Source: a candidate division WWE3 bacterium RIFCSPHIGHO2_02_FULL_38_14
GTDB taxonomy: Bacteria > Patescibacteriota > WWE3 > UBA101185 > UBA10185
DNA length: 64,000 bases
NCBI GenBank assembly: GCA_001772865.1
Contig: MEVD01000014.1
Span: forward strand, 2,214-66,213
Direction: 5' to 3'
The notes beneath the pieces are model-generated. The model saw only the letters and a list, made by a program, of their open reading frames with translations, did not search any database and was not told the DNA's origin. Positions 47,220 to 57,101 of the stretch are shown here, one piece after another; within the stretch, counting starts at the first letter, position 1; each line of letters starts with the position of its first letter. Position numbers and translations under genes: made by a program.

Positions 47220-48338
47220 ATGAAATTTGCATGTCTTCAGGAAAACTTAGCTAAAGGCTTAACAACTATTTATAGAGCTGTGCCTACAAAAAGCACATTA
47301 CCTATACTTTCAAATGTTCTGTTAATTGCCGAAGAAGGCAGGCTGAAGCTTTCGGCAACCAATCTTGAAACAGCTATAACTACTCATGTTGGCGCTCAAA
47401 CAGAGGAGCCGGGTTCAACAACTGTTCCGGCAAAACTGCTACGAGACTTTGTTTTAAATTTGCCTCCCAGCACTATAAACGCAACCCTTAAAGATGACAT
47501 TTTAAATCTTACTTCCGAAAAAACAAAATCAAAAATAAACGGTGTCAGCTCCGATGATTATCCCACTTTACCAGCTTTTGGCGCCGAACTGCCGTATGTT
47601 GAGCTTAATCCGATAGCATTTTCAGACGCGGTATCTGTAGTAGCTTTTTCGGCTTCAACTGATGAAAGCAGACCTGTGTTTACCGGCGTCTATTTAAATT
47701 TAAGTGAAGAAAAACTTACAATCGCCGCTTCTGACGGCTTCAGATTATCCGAAAAGATTATCGATGTCAAAGAAGGAAAACTGAAAAATTTCACGGTTAT
47801 AATTCCCGCTAAAACTATATTAGAAGTTTCAAAAATATTTTCGGGATCTGAAGAATCCATCAGATTCGGCTTAAATGAAGACGAAAACCTGGCATTATTT
47901 AAATCTGAAGACACTTTAATTGCAACCAGAATTCTGGACGGACAATACCCCGATTATAAAAGAATTATCCCAACAGAAAGCGAGCTTTCAGTGGAATTCT
48001 CACCAGTGGAATTACTAGAAGCAGTAAAACTGACAACAGTTTTTGCCAAAGACAACACCTCACCGATAAAAATTTCTTTTGATACAAAGGGAACCATGAA
48101 AATCGGGCTGACCACACAGGAGATAGGGGAGCACCAAAGCGAAATATCAGCCCAGGTAGAAGGGGAGCCTTTTGAAATAGCATTCAACTCAAAGTATCTT
48201 TTAGATTTTCTGAACAATGTTAAAGCGGAGAGAATTACTCTTAAATCAAAAGGTAAGCTTACCCCATGTTTAATTAAACCAACCGAAACTGAAGATTTTA
48301 TTCATATTATTATGCCGATGCAGGTACAGGGGAGTTGA
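47220..48338 (+). CDS. dnaN: DNA polymerase III beta sliding clamp
   Basis: MKFACLQENLAKGL...LPILSNVLLIAEEGRLKLSATNLE typical DnaN N-terminus; 372 aa. Confidence 0.85.
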   Translation: MKFACLQENLAKGLTTIYRAVPTKSTLPILSNVLLIAEEGRLKLSATNLETAITTHVGAQTEEPGSTTVPAKLLRDFVLNLPPSTINATLKDDILNLTSEKTKSKINGVSSDDYPTLPAFGAELPYVELNPIAFSDAVSVVAFSASTDESRPVFTGVYLNLSEEKLTIAASDGFRLSEKIIDVKEGKLKNFTVIIPAKTILEVSKIFSGSEESIRFGLNEDENLALFKSEDTLIATRILDGQYPDYKRIIPTESELSVEFSPVELLEAVKLTTVFAKDNTSPIKISFDTKGTMKIGLTTQEIGEHQSEISAQVEGEPFEIAFNSKYLLDFLNNVKAERITLKSKGKLTPCLIKPTETEDFIHIIMPMQVQGS

Positions 48339-49800
48339 TCTTTTTAACTGTCACCACTAATTCATCTTCAACGAATTCATCAGGGACATCAAATCCTACT
48401 GATCTTAACATGCTTCCTATATATACAGCTTTATGTTTATCGTCAAACCTTCCTTTCTCAACATCATACCAATGTGACAATTCAGCTCTTTCAGCCACAT
48501 CAAACAACCGCTCTATCTGGTTTAAGAATACATAATCCAATGTTATGGCTCTTCCGGGGGCATCTTTCCATGCATCATATCTTTCTCTATAAACCTGATA
48601 AATAAACCTCCCGAAATTCTTTTTTAAATCAGAGTAAAATATTTCGGCGGCATTCGCATTTCTCGTAAAATTATCGGTGGAGTATTTTTCGTGCATATAT
48701 TTGAAAAATTCGGGATAATCCACAACACTATGTAATCCGGTCAAAGTTTCATTGAAGTGTGCTAATTGCCTCCATATAAAATATTCCTGCGTACCGTACC
48801 AAGGAACTATTTCTCTTAACATATGAGCATACTCAACCTGAACCTCGGGATTATCAAGTTTCGCAGCATTTTCATCAACATATTCCTGTAAACCGATTTT
48901 TATTTCACGCATTAAATTGTGGGAAGAATCCATAAACTCCTCAGCACTTGGCCCTCCGCTTAATTCTCTTAAGTCACTAGTAGCTACAGCGAAAGCAGCT
49001 TCGTAAATCCTTCTGTCTTTCCAGGATAAAGATGTACTTTCTTTCGGAATTCCCCGGAATAACAACATTAAATCTCTTTGAACCACATCTAGGTCTACTC
49101 TTCCACCGCCTAATCTCTGAGAGCCATTAGATATATTGCTAGTGGGAATTGTAGCTCTTAATGCAGTAATTAATTCAATATAAGTTAAATTAAACTGTCC
49201 CACTTGTACATTTACAGCCTCAAGTAAATCCGGTAAATCTTTAGATCCCACAAGTATAGTAAGAAGTTGGAGTATAGTTTCATTTTCATTAGCTTCAGTC
49301 TCCATTACCCGAACTTTCCCGATTTCTTCATGAGCATCTTTACCGACCATTAAATTAAAATTCTGTACAAGATCATGCCCATAGGCAACTACTTCAATTG
49401 ATTTAGTAAACTCAAACTTTTCGGCTTCTTCACCAGTTAGAGTTCCTTTTAAATACGCTTCTTCCAGCTGCGCCATCACTTCTCCTGTTGAAACACCGTC
49501 TTTAAAATAATTCAAAAAGTATAAATGAGCTAAAGTATCAGTGGTACTTCCGGCAATAAACTTGGCGTGTTCGTCATTATGAAAACTCCTTTCGCCATCA
49601 CAATTTCTAACATCAATTTCTGAAGGTGAAATAAATGTACGATTTTCGGACTTAGGATGTGGACTTCCTGAGTCGGGTCCATATCTTTCATTTAAAATGG
49701 TTAAAATAGTAGATTTTTTTTGCTCACATAAATCGAGAAACTCTTTTCTCTGTATTTCACCTCTTAAATTTTCAGCATCCGCTATCAGTTCGTCTCTCAT
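48310..49800 (-). CDS. Hypothetical cytosolic protein, 496 aa
   Basis: Long ORF with normal codon usage and no recognised motifs. Its 3' end overlaps the dnaN 3' end by 29 nt. Confidence 0.55.
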   Translation of the reverse strand: MRDELIADAENLRGEIQRKEFLDLCEQKKSTILTILNERYGPDSGSPHPKSENRTFISPSEIDVRNCDGERSFHNDEHAKFIAGSTTDTLAHLYFLNYFKDGVSTGEVMAQLEEAYLKGTLTGEEAEKFEFTKSIEVVAYGHDLVQNFNLMVGKDAHEEIGKVRVMETEANENETILQLLTILVGSKDLPDLLEAVNVQVGQFNLTYIELITALRATIPTSNISNGSQRLGGGRVDLDVVQRDLMLLFRGIPKESTSLSWKDRRIYEAAFAVATSDLRELSGGPSAEEFMDSSHNLMREIKIGLQEYVDENAAKLDNPEVQVEYAHMLREIVPWYGTQEYFIWRQLAHFNETLTGLHSVVDYPEFFKYMHEKYSTDNFTRNANAAEIFYSDLKKNFGRFIYQVYRERYDAWKDAPGRAITLDYVFLNQIERLFDVAERAELSHWYDVEKGRFDDKHKAVYIGSMLRSVGFDVPDEFVEDELVVTVKKINSPVPASA

Positions 49801-49846
49801 CTTTTTTTAGTCCTTATATTATAATTTAATCCTTTTGTTTTTCAAA

Positions 49847-50062
49847 TTACGGCAGAATTGAACTTACAGCGGGCAAATAAATTGTTTTAGAAACAGCCAT
49901 TTGCATAAGAATTATATTATAATGAAATTCACAAAAACGGGATTCTTTTCCCTCCAAATTCAAGATGCGGGTGGAAGGGTAATTACAAGAAATACCATTT
50001 TCATCGGTATATATACAACAAACCGGTGATTTCTGCAAATCGATTTTGTCTTTTTTAGACAT
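49847..50062 (-). CDS. Small Cys-containing hypothetical protein, low confidence
   Basis: 71-aa ORF with CC..C...C..H spacing reminiscent of a zinc ribbon. Confidence 0.25.
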   Translation of the reverse strand: MSKKDKIDLQKSPVCCIYTDENGISCNYPSTRILNLEGKESRFCEFHYNIILMQMAVSKTIYLPAVSSILP

Positions 50063-50106
50063 ATATCTAAACTCCTTCTAACATTGTACAATTAATACCG
50101 GTAATT

Positions 50107-50583
50107 ATGAAGAAATTAAGCGTAGACAACATTCGAAACATAATTTTCGGCATAGAAGACAGTTTGGTTTCCACAAGCGGGTTTCTATTTGGATTAGCTA
50201 CAACTTCATACGAAACACATCAAATATTTACCTCCGGAATAATAATTATTTCTGTTGAAGCTGTATCAATGGGGGCCGGAGCCTTTCTTACCGAAGAAGA
50301 AACTCTGGAAATGGAGTCCAAAAGCAGTGAAAGAAAAAAGGCTAATCCATTGTTTGACGGAATCCTAATGTTTTTATCCTACTTTGGTGCAGGTTTTATC
50401 CCATTATTACCTTACATATTATTAGAAAGGGAATTAGCAAAACCTGTATCAATGGTATTATCTTTTTCCGCATTGTTTTTATTAGGATATTTACCTACTA
50501 AAAAACTTAAATCGGCTTTCAGAATGCTTGTTGTTGCGGGAGCTGCGGCAAGTGTAGGTTATTTGGTTGGCAGCGTATTTTAA
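50107..50583 (+). CDS. VIT1/CCC1-family membrane protein, short form
   Basis: GIEDSLVSTSGFLFG motif; 3-4 TM helices. Confidence 0.55.
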   Translation: MKKLSVDNIRNIIFGIEDSLVSTSGFLFGLATTSYETHQIFTSGIIIISVEAVSMGAGAFLTEEETLEMESKSSERKKANPLFDGILMFLSYFGAGFIPLLPYILLERELAKPVSMVLSFSALFLLGYLPTKKLKSAFRMLVVAGAAASVGYLVGSVF

Positions 50584-50611
50584 ATATGTGGTAAACTTGT
50601 AGGTAACGTTT

Positions 50612-51235
50612 ATGGATCGATCAATACCTGAAATTTCATTTAAAAAATTTTGGCTTCCGATTACTTGGTTTGGAAGCACTTTCTTTGTTTTGCTTGTAAC
50701 TTTATTTACATTATTTTTATCATTTTCCAATCCAAAACCTCATATTACTGACAAATATTCAATATTTTCGGCAAAACCTTTAGTGCTGGGAGATTCTACT
50801 TTTTCCTTAGATAGCGTAGATGCAAGAGCTGTAATGCTTGACAATGTTTTTGAAAAATACGGCTGTCCACTTTACGGTACAGGGAGAATATTCGTTGAGG
50901 AAGCCGATTTAAATAATTTACCTTTCTGGCTTGCTGCTTCAGTTGCTTTTCAGGAGTCAAGCTGCGGAAAAAATACACCTGTTAAAGAAGGAGTTGAATC
51001 ATATAATGCCTGGGGATGGGGAGTTTACGGAGATAATGTAAAAATGTTTGAAAACTGGGAAGAAGGCATTAGCACCGTGTCCGAGTTTTTAAATAATAGA
51101 TTTTACAAACAAGGTGTAACCGAACCTTGTGAAATAATGAAAATCTATACACCGTCTTCCGGGGGTTCCTGGTGCAACGGAGTTGAGTTCTTCGGAGACA
51201 TTATTTCCAACTATAAAACACCGGAAAACACTTAA
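50612..51235 (+). CDS. Secreted lysozyme-like (GH73/SLT-like) domain protein, paralog A. Putative peptidoglycan hydrolase.
   Basis: N-terminal TM/signal. Conserved ...AFQESSCGKN...NAWGWG...Y.P.S.....GV.FF block shared with paralog B. Confidence 0.4.
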   Translation: MDRSIPEISFKKFWLPITWFGSTFFVLLVTLFTLFLSFSNPKPHITDKYSIFSAKPLVLGDSTFSLDSVDARAVMLDNVFEKYGCPLYGTGRIFVEEADLNNLPFWLAASVAFQESSCGKNTPVKEGVESYNAWGWGVYGDNVKMFENWEEGISTVSEFLNNRFYKQGVTEPCEIMKIYTPSSGGSWCNGVEFFGDIISNYKTPENT

Positions 51236-51459
51236 ACCACAGCAATAATCCTATCTTTCCCTCGTTTGAAAAAAACACCTATTTAAGGTATAATACAACA
51301 ATGATTAGACCATAGCTACTTTTCTGCCCAGTAGAGCACTATCCAGCCATACAGCATAAACATCCACCCGAAAAACAGTTAGAAATAAACATTTATGTTG
51401 ATTAATATCCGGCCTGGAAATGGTAAGGTAGTTGTTTTGCAAGTCATACAGGAGAATAA

Positions 51460-51996
51460 ATGTTAAGTATTAAATATTTATACATTTCAATAGTAATGAG
51501 CATAACCTCTTTAACAAGCGGTTTTTTTATGTGGGTCAGTTTTAATACCCAGGAAGTTATAAATGAAAAACCCAAAGCATCAAAGATTGTATTAGGAAAA
51601 ATAGAATCAGAAAAAATTGACAGGGCCGGCTCCTTAGAAAAATTCTTCGAATCTTATAATTCTCCATTGAAAAATAATGCCGAAACGTTTATTACTGTTG
51701 CCGACAGATACGGAATTGATTACAAACTACTTCCTTCCATTGCCTGTTTAGAATCAACCTGCGCCCGATTTTTAATACCGGAAACACATAACCCGTTCGG
51801 TTGGGGTGGAGGTAGAATTTATTTTAAATCTTATGATGAGGCTATTGAATCGGTCGGAAAAGGCTTAAATGAAATTTACCTTTCTAGAGGTCTAGATAAT
51901 GCCGAAAAAATTGCACCTGTATATAATCCTCCGAGCCCGCATACATGGACAAGAGGTGTTAACTTCTTTATTAATAAAATAGAAGATGTATCATAA
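51460..51996 (+). CDS. Secreted lysozyme-like domain protein, paralog B
   Basis: Shares ACLESTCARF...NPFGWGGG...YNPPSPHTWTRGVNFF with paralog A. Confidence 0.4.
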   Translation: MLSIKYLYISIVMSITSLTSGFFMWVSFNTQEVINEKPKASKIVLGKIESEKIDRAGSLEKFFESYNSPLKNNAETFITVADRYGIDYKLLPSIACLESTCARFLIPETHNPFGWGGGRIYFKSYDEAIESVGKGLNEIYLSRGLDNAEKIAPVYNPPSPHTWTRGVNFFINKIEDVS

Positions 51997-52019
51997 AATC
52001 GATGAATCATAGGTTGCAG

Positions 52020-52104
52020 GGGCATGTGTTGGAACTGGTATACAAGCACGGCTTAGAACCGTGTCCCGAAAGGGATGTGGGTTCGACTCCCACCATGCCC
52101 ACCA
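52020..52104 (+). tRNA. tRNA-Leu (anticodon TAG), long variable arm
   Basis: Acceptor GGGCATG/CATGCCC, anticodon stem-loop CACGG CTTAGAA CCGTG, variable arm TCCCGAAAGGGA, T-arm GTGGGTTCGACTCCCAC, CCA encoded. Confidence 0.85.
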
Positions 52105-52117
52105 ATGATCTTTTAGA

Positions 52118-52906
52118 TTAGATACTTAGTTCAGTACATAATCCATAATGGTCTGATAAATTTACGTTTATTCCATTTAAATTAAACAAATCATTTAATA
52201 TCACTTTTTGGTTTTTGCATTTTAGATTACCGGAAACAAACGTATAATCATATCTGATTTCGATGTTATATTTGTATAATCCCTTTTTATTAGTATTATC
52301 TTTTGAAAGAGTAATCAATCCGGAATTAAATGATGGGTCCCTCAATTTTGACCTGTTTAATAAATCAATATAAAGCGGGTCTTCAGGTTTGAAATTAAAA
52401 TCTCCTGTCACAATTAAATTTCTAGTTTCCGGTTCTATATCTCCGATTAACTGCTCTAATTGGTTTCTTAAAATTTCCTTTTTGGACTTGGAATTCCAAT
52501 TATACATACTTACTAAATGTGTATTTATCAATATAAGCTCTATACCATTTACATTTATATTCAATTTTTGATACCCCTTACCCAAAATCTTGTCCGGTAA
52601 CTGATTTGAAAAAAACCTGCCTTGACTACTGTACCTCACAAAACTTTTTTCATTAAATGGGAAAAGCGAAGCTACAAACAAACCGCCTTTATTTAAAAGT
52701 CTTTTGGGAAGGCAGTAAGTATGATATCCAAAAGTGTTAAAAACTTCGGAAATTCTTTTTGCGGTTTTGGAAAAATTGATTTCCTGAAGACAGATAATAT
52801 TAGCCTGCTGTTTAACAAGTTGATTTACCAGAAGGTTAATTCTTTCACCCCGGTTTAGTAATATTGGTGAATCCAGGCAGTTTTGTGAAATTATTTTCAG
52901 TTCCAC
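52118..52906 (-). CDS. Endonuclease/exonuclease/phosphatase (EEP) family protein
   Basis: IICLQEINF, LINTHLVS, VTGDFNF, SDHYGL motifs. Confidence 0.7.
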   Translation of the reverse strand: MELKIISQNCLDSPILLNRGERINLLVNQLVKQQANIICLQEINFSKTAKRISEVFNTFGYHTYCLPKRLLNKGGLFVASLFPFNEKSFVRYSSQGRFFSNQLPDKILGKGYQKLNINVNGIELILINTHLVSMYNWNSKSKKEILRNQLEQLIGDIEPETRNLIVTGDFNFKPEDPLYIDLLNRSKLRDPSFNSGLITLSKDNTNKKGLYKYNIEIRYDYTFVSGNLKCKNQKVILNDLFNLNGINVNLSDHYGLCTELSI

Positions 52907-52916
52907 GGATATAACA

Positions 52917-54170
52917 TTAACTATTTACACTAATCCAATACTTTAATGAAGTTGGTGTCCAATTTCCAACCAAAATGAGTTTTTCTATCTTTGATTTCCT
53001 CGCATCGTTAACACCCGCGAGCATTTCTTTTACCGGATTTACAGAATACCTCAGCTCTGAAACAAATTTAGGCAGCAATAATCCGGTTGATCTGTTCCAA
53101 TCCTGCCTATGCCTGTTTACAAAACTGGCCGGCCATTTGATATCAATTGAGTAGGTCAGAAGCTCTTTAACCTGCTTGTTAAAATCATCTACTTTAGTAT
53201 TACTCAGTATCCAATATCCCACCATGGATAATTTATTCCAGTAATCCATTAATATTCGAGTGTCTTTAAATCTGTTATAAATATTTTCAAAGTCTTCCTC
53301 AAAACCCATACTATCAGCAGCATTTTTGTTTCCGTTCAAAAATTCAAAAACCAAACTTTCAAAATGATCGGCTACCGACTCTTTTGAAGCGGACGTCATT
53401 GCATTTAGATTTTCCTTAATATATAGCGGCAGATCCGACAAATCGGTGTTAATGTAATTCAGGCAGTGACCTAATACTTCATGTCCTAATAACGAAATTA
53501 GTCTCTCCGGAATAAGGTTAATTTTTCCATCTAGCATATAACAGCACTTTGCAACACTTAAATAAGATGCTTTTGCGACTTTATCGGCATATGATCTACT
53601 ATTATCCGATTCTACTGAAATAATATATTCGTCAAGTAATTGCGGCACCCCGGGAAAATCGGAAAAGAATTCCGATAACACTTTTTTAAAATTATCTACA
53701 TACCTAAGTACTAAAAATTCCGCATCAACTCTTATTTTAGGTGAACCAAGCGCAACTTCTGATCTTCTTGAACTCGAATATGCTTCCATCTGTCTTAAAT
53801 TTGCCGCAATAACTTTATCTTTGTTTGTACTCAACCACTTTTTAATTTCATCCAGATCTTTAGAAGTAACTTCATACATTGAAATCACTTGTTCCGGAGT
53901 TTTTATACTGGGATTAAATTCATCCTCTAGGTTTTGGATTTGGTTATTGCAGATTTTTGAAAGTTCGTACACTAAAATTTCATCTAAAGATTTCGGGCCT
54001 TCAATTTTGGGTAATTCTCCAGAAAGCATCTTAAAATCGGACAATAAATTTCTTGTATATTCCAAGTCAATAATTGAATACGGCTGATCAAAATGAAATT
54101 CTCTCTTCAGCACTCTTTCGTAAAGCTTATTTCCTTTTGATATTAGGTCTTTAAGGTCCTGTTTCTGCAT
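52917..54170 (-). CDS. Hypothetical protein, 417 aa, with a GHEVLGH motif; co-oriented with and 10 nt upstream of the EEP gene
   Basis: Long ORF with no clear family. HEvlGH is not a canonical HExxH. Confidence 0.5.
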   Translation of the reverse strand: MQKQDLKDLISKGNKLYERVLKREFHFDQPYSIIDLEYTRNLLSDFKMLSGELPKIEGPKSLDEILVYELSKICNNQIQNLEDEFNPSIKTPEQVISMYEVTSKDLDEIKKWLSTNKDKVIAANLRQMEAYSSSRRSEVALGSPKIRVDAEFLVLRYVDNFKKVLSEFFSDFPGVPQLLDEYIISVESDNSRSYADKVAKASYLSVAKCCYMLDGKINLIPERLISLLGHEVLGHCLNYINTDLSDLPLYIKENLNAMTSASKESVADHFESLVFEFLNGNKNAADSMGFEEDFENIYNRFKDTRILMDYWNKLSMVGYWILSNTKVDDFNKQVKELLTYSIDIKWPASFVNRHRQDWNRSTGLLLPKFVSELRYSVNPVKEMLAGVNDARKSKIEKLILVGNWTPTSLKYWISVNS

Positions 54171-54231
54171 AAATTCAGTTTATCATATCAATTTATTCGA
54201 CTTATCGGAAATTTAATAATAGAATATCAAA

Positions 54232-55314
54232 GTGAGAAAGTTTATTTCCGAACACCCGATTTTATTTACTTGCTTAACATCGTGCACAACATTAATTGTA
54301 AGCACAATAATGTTGTTTTCATTTTTGTTTTTTATATTTTTGGCAGGAGTATCGGCAGTATCTTCTAAATTAGACGGCTTTGAAGGTACCCAAATTTCAC
54401 CGTACAGATATGTAGACGGCAATCCGGATTCAGAGAATAAAATTCTGGTAATTCCTATAAAAGGTGTAATTTTAACTTATCCTCTGGAAGAAGATTCAAT
54501 ATTCAGCTTTTTATTAACCGGCCAGGTGTATGGCTATACTATTAAAAGAGAGTTGTTGGAGGCAGCTGGCGATCCTGAAATTAAAGGAGTTATTCTAGAA
54601 ATAGACTCTCCGGGCGGTACTATTGCCGGATCCAAGGCAATATCCGATGGAGTGGATTATTATAAGAAAGCAACTGGTAATCCCGTTTTTTCTCATATTA
54701 TAGGCATGGGGGCTTCCGGAGGATATTGGGCAGCCGCCTCAGCTGATAAAATTATAGCCGACACAGGCAGTTTAACAGGAAGTATAGGCGTAATAATGGG
54801 TCCTTTTAAATATTATAATAAAGTTATTAGCGAAAGTGATTTTATAGGATCAATTTCAACTGAAGAGGGGATTGAGTCATATTATATTTATGCCGGAGAA
54901 GATAAAGACCTGGGCGATCCTTATAAAAGACTATCGGAAAAAGCCAAAAACACTTTGCAGAATAGCGTGGACAACGAATACGAAATCTTTTTAGAACATG
55001 TAAGCAATAATAGAAAAATCGGCACTGAAACTTTAAAACAGAATGTGGGAGGGCTGGTTTTTGGGAACGATCAGGCGCTTGAAAACAAGCTTATAGACGA
55101 AACCGGAAGCACAAACTATGCATACAGTACTCTAGCTGAAACCGCCGGATTAACAAATTATCAGGTTGTAGAGTATAAAAGCACGCAGGGATTTTTGCAG
55201 GAAATTTTCGGAGTACTTTTCAAACCTGAAAATATGAAATCGGCTTATATAAATTCCAAGTGCTTACTTTGCAACAAAATGCTTTTTCTCTATGGCACGC
55301 CTCAAAATTACTAA
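54232..55314 (+). CDS. sppA: Signal peptide peptidase SppA (S49), 36K type
   Basis: N-terminal TM; GASGGYWAAASADKIIADTGSLTGSIGV catalytic region. Confidence 0.8.
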   Translation: MRKFISEHPILFTCLTSCTTLIVSTIMLFSFLFFIFLAGVSAVSSKLDGFEGTQISPYRYVDGNPDSENKILVIPIKGVILTYPLEEDSIFSFLLTGQVYGYTIKRELLEAAGDPEIKGVILEIDSPGGTIAGSKAISDGVDYYKKATGNPVFSHIIGMGASGGYWAAASADKIIADTGSLTGSIGVIMGPFKYYNKVISESDFIGSISTEEGIESYYIYAGEDKDLGDPYKRLSEKAKNTLQNSVDNEYEIFLEHVSNNRKIGTETLKQNVGGLVFGNDQALENKLIDETGSTNYAYSTLAETAGLTNYQVVEYKSTQGFLQEIFGVLFKPENMKSAYINSKCLLCNKMLFLYGTPQNY

Positions 55315-55404
55315 ATTAGACAAATCAGACAACAATTCGATTAAGTTCCCACCGGTGCACATCAATAGCCTAAAATATATTTATATGTTAAACTTTTCCA
55401 GTCT

Positions 55405-56310
55405 ATGAAGACTTCGGTAGAAAAATTACCAAAATCAACAATAAAACTTACAGTCACAGTTCCTTCAGATAAGGTAAAAGAAACCTATTCCCAAGTATTG
55501 GACGAATCCGTTAAAAGCACCGAGCTTCCGGGATTCCGAAAAGGAATGGCGCCGAAAGAACTTGTAGAGGAAAAGGCCGATGTTTCAAAACTTTATGGTG
55601 AAGTGATAAATCATCTTCTGGAAACTTATTATCCTCAAGCTCTAAAAGAAAACCTGATCTCTCCGGTATCCAATCCGAAAGTAGAAATAAAAGAATTTGA
55701 TCTGGAAAAAGAATTTGAATTTGTTGCTACTGTAGCGATAAGACCGGAAGTTACAATAGGGGAGTTTAAACACAAACTTAAAGAATTTCTTGAAACGCGT
55801 AAAAAACAAAGGTCCCAGGAAAATGCCGAAAAACTTAAAAGAGGAGAAAAAATCGATGATTCCCATATACATTTATCAACGAATGAAGTAATTGAAGCAG
55901 TAATAAATTCTTCTCAGGTGGAAATTGCGGACATACTTATAGAAGAAGAAACCGACAGGCTGATGTCGAGATTAGTTGATCAGGCGCAGTCAATAGGTTT
56001 GTCTTTGGAACAATACTTAAAAGCACAGAACAGAACGGCAGAACAACTGAGAAGTGATTATTCAAAAGCTGCAGAAAAAAGCCTTAAAGCCGAATTTCTG
56101 CTCAGTAAGCTTGTTAAAGACGAAAAAATAGAAACAACCGACGAGGAAGTAATAGAAGCTTATGTTGCCGCAGGTGAACCGAATCCTGAGGAAAAACTCA
56201 AAAACGACGTCGAAAAGTGGTATATTAAAAGTGTACTGGAAAAGAATAAATTAATAACTAAAATAATTGAAGAAATAGAAGGAGAAAAACATGACCACTC
56301 ACACAACTAA
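55405..56310 (+). CDS. tig: Trigger factor, short form lacking the PPIase domain
   Basis: N-terminal ribosome-binding signature GFRKGMAP. C-terminal TF-like helical domain. Only 301 aa, upstream of clpP. Confidence 0.7.
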   Translation: MKTSVEKLPKSTIKLTVTVPSDKVKETYSQVLDESVKSTELPGFRKGMAPKELVEEKADVSKLYGEVINHLLETYYPQALKENLISPVSNPKVEIKEFDLEKEFEFVATVAIRPEVTIGEFKHKLKEFLETRKKQRSQENAEKLKRGEKIDDSHIHLSTNEVIEAVINSSQVEIADILIEEETDRLMSRLVDQAQSIGLSLEQYLKAQNRTAEQLRSDYSKAAEKSLKAEFLLSKLVKDEKIETTDEEVIEAYVAAGEPNPEEKLKNDVEKWYIKSVLEKNKLITKIIEEIEGEKHDHSHN

Positions 56311-56965
56311 ATCCTACAATACTAAAACAGGCGGAACTTTTCCGTCCCATCTTCCCAACACAAAAGGGGATACACTTGTACCTATAGTTGTTGAAAAAGA
56401 ACCGAACGGATTCGAAAGGTCTTATGATATATATTCGAGATTATTAAAAGACTTCATTGTTTTTGTCACCGGTCCTGTAGATATGGCTACTGCTAATACT
56501 TTTATCGCACAAATGCTTTTTTTGGAAAGCCAGGACCCTAAAAGAGACATTAGCATTTATATAAATTCCCCCGGAGGAAGCGTATACGCCGGTACTGCAA
56601 TGTACGACACTATCAGGCACGTTAAAAATGAAGTGGTAACTATTAATGTAGGACTGGCTGCTTCGGCGGCTTCATTACTACTTTCCGCAGGCACAAAAGG
56701 TAAAAGATATGCATTACCGAATTCATATTCCATGATTCATCAGCCCTTAATAACCGGAGGGTTGGAAGGTCAGGCCACAGACATTGAAATTGAAGCAAGG
56801 CACATGATTCAGCTTAAACATCAATATGCGAGAGTTTTATCCGAAAACAGCGGCCAGAAATATGAAAAAGTTATGCAGGATATAGAACGAAACAATTGGC
56901 TCAGTGCTGAAGAAACACTACAATACGGATTGATCGACAAAGTAATGGATCCGCGAAAACAGTAG
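56291..56965 (+). CDS. clpP: ATP-dependent Clp protease proteolytic subunit
   Basis: YINSPGGSVYAGTAMYD (Ser), MIHQP (His), and a LLSAG...RYALPNS region. Confidence 0.85.
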   Translation: MTTHTTKSYNTKTGGTFPSHLPNTKGDTLVPIVVEKEPNGFERSYDIYSRLLKDFIVFVTGPVDMATANTFIAQMLFLESQDPKRDISIYINSPGGSVYAGTAMYDTIRHVKNEVVTINVGLAASAASLLLSAGTKGKRYALPNSYSMIHQPLITGGLEGQATDIEIEARHMIQLKHQYARVLSENSGQKYEKVMQDIERNNWLSAEETLQYGLIDKVMDPRKQ

Positions 56966-57012
56966 AAAATAATTCTCACTTTAATAGCAATGCTATAATA
57001 AGTTTCAATAGC

Positions 57013-57089
57013 GGGCTCCTAGCTCAGATGGTTAGAGCGCTTCAGTGACATTGAAGAGGTCAGAGGTTCAAGTCCTCTGGAGCCCACCA
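57013..57089 (+). tRNA. tRNA-Val (anticodon GAC)
   Basis: Acceptor GGGCTCC/GGAGCCC, anticodon stem-loop CTTCA GTGACAT TGAAG, T-arm AGAGGTTCAAGTCCTCT, CCA encoded. Confidence 0.85.
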
Positions 57090-57101
57090 TTAAATTAGAA
57101 T

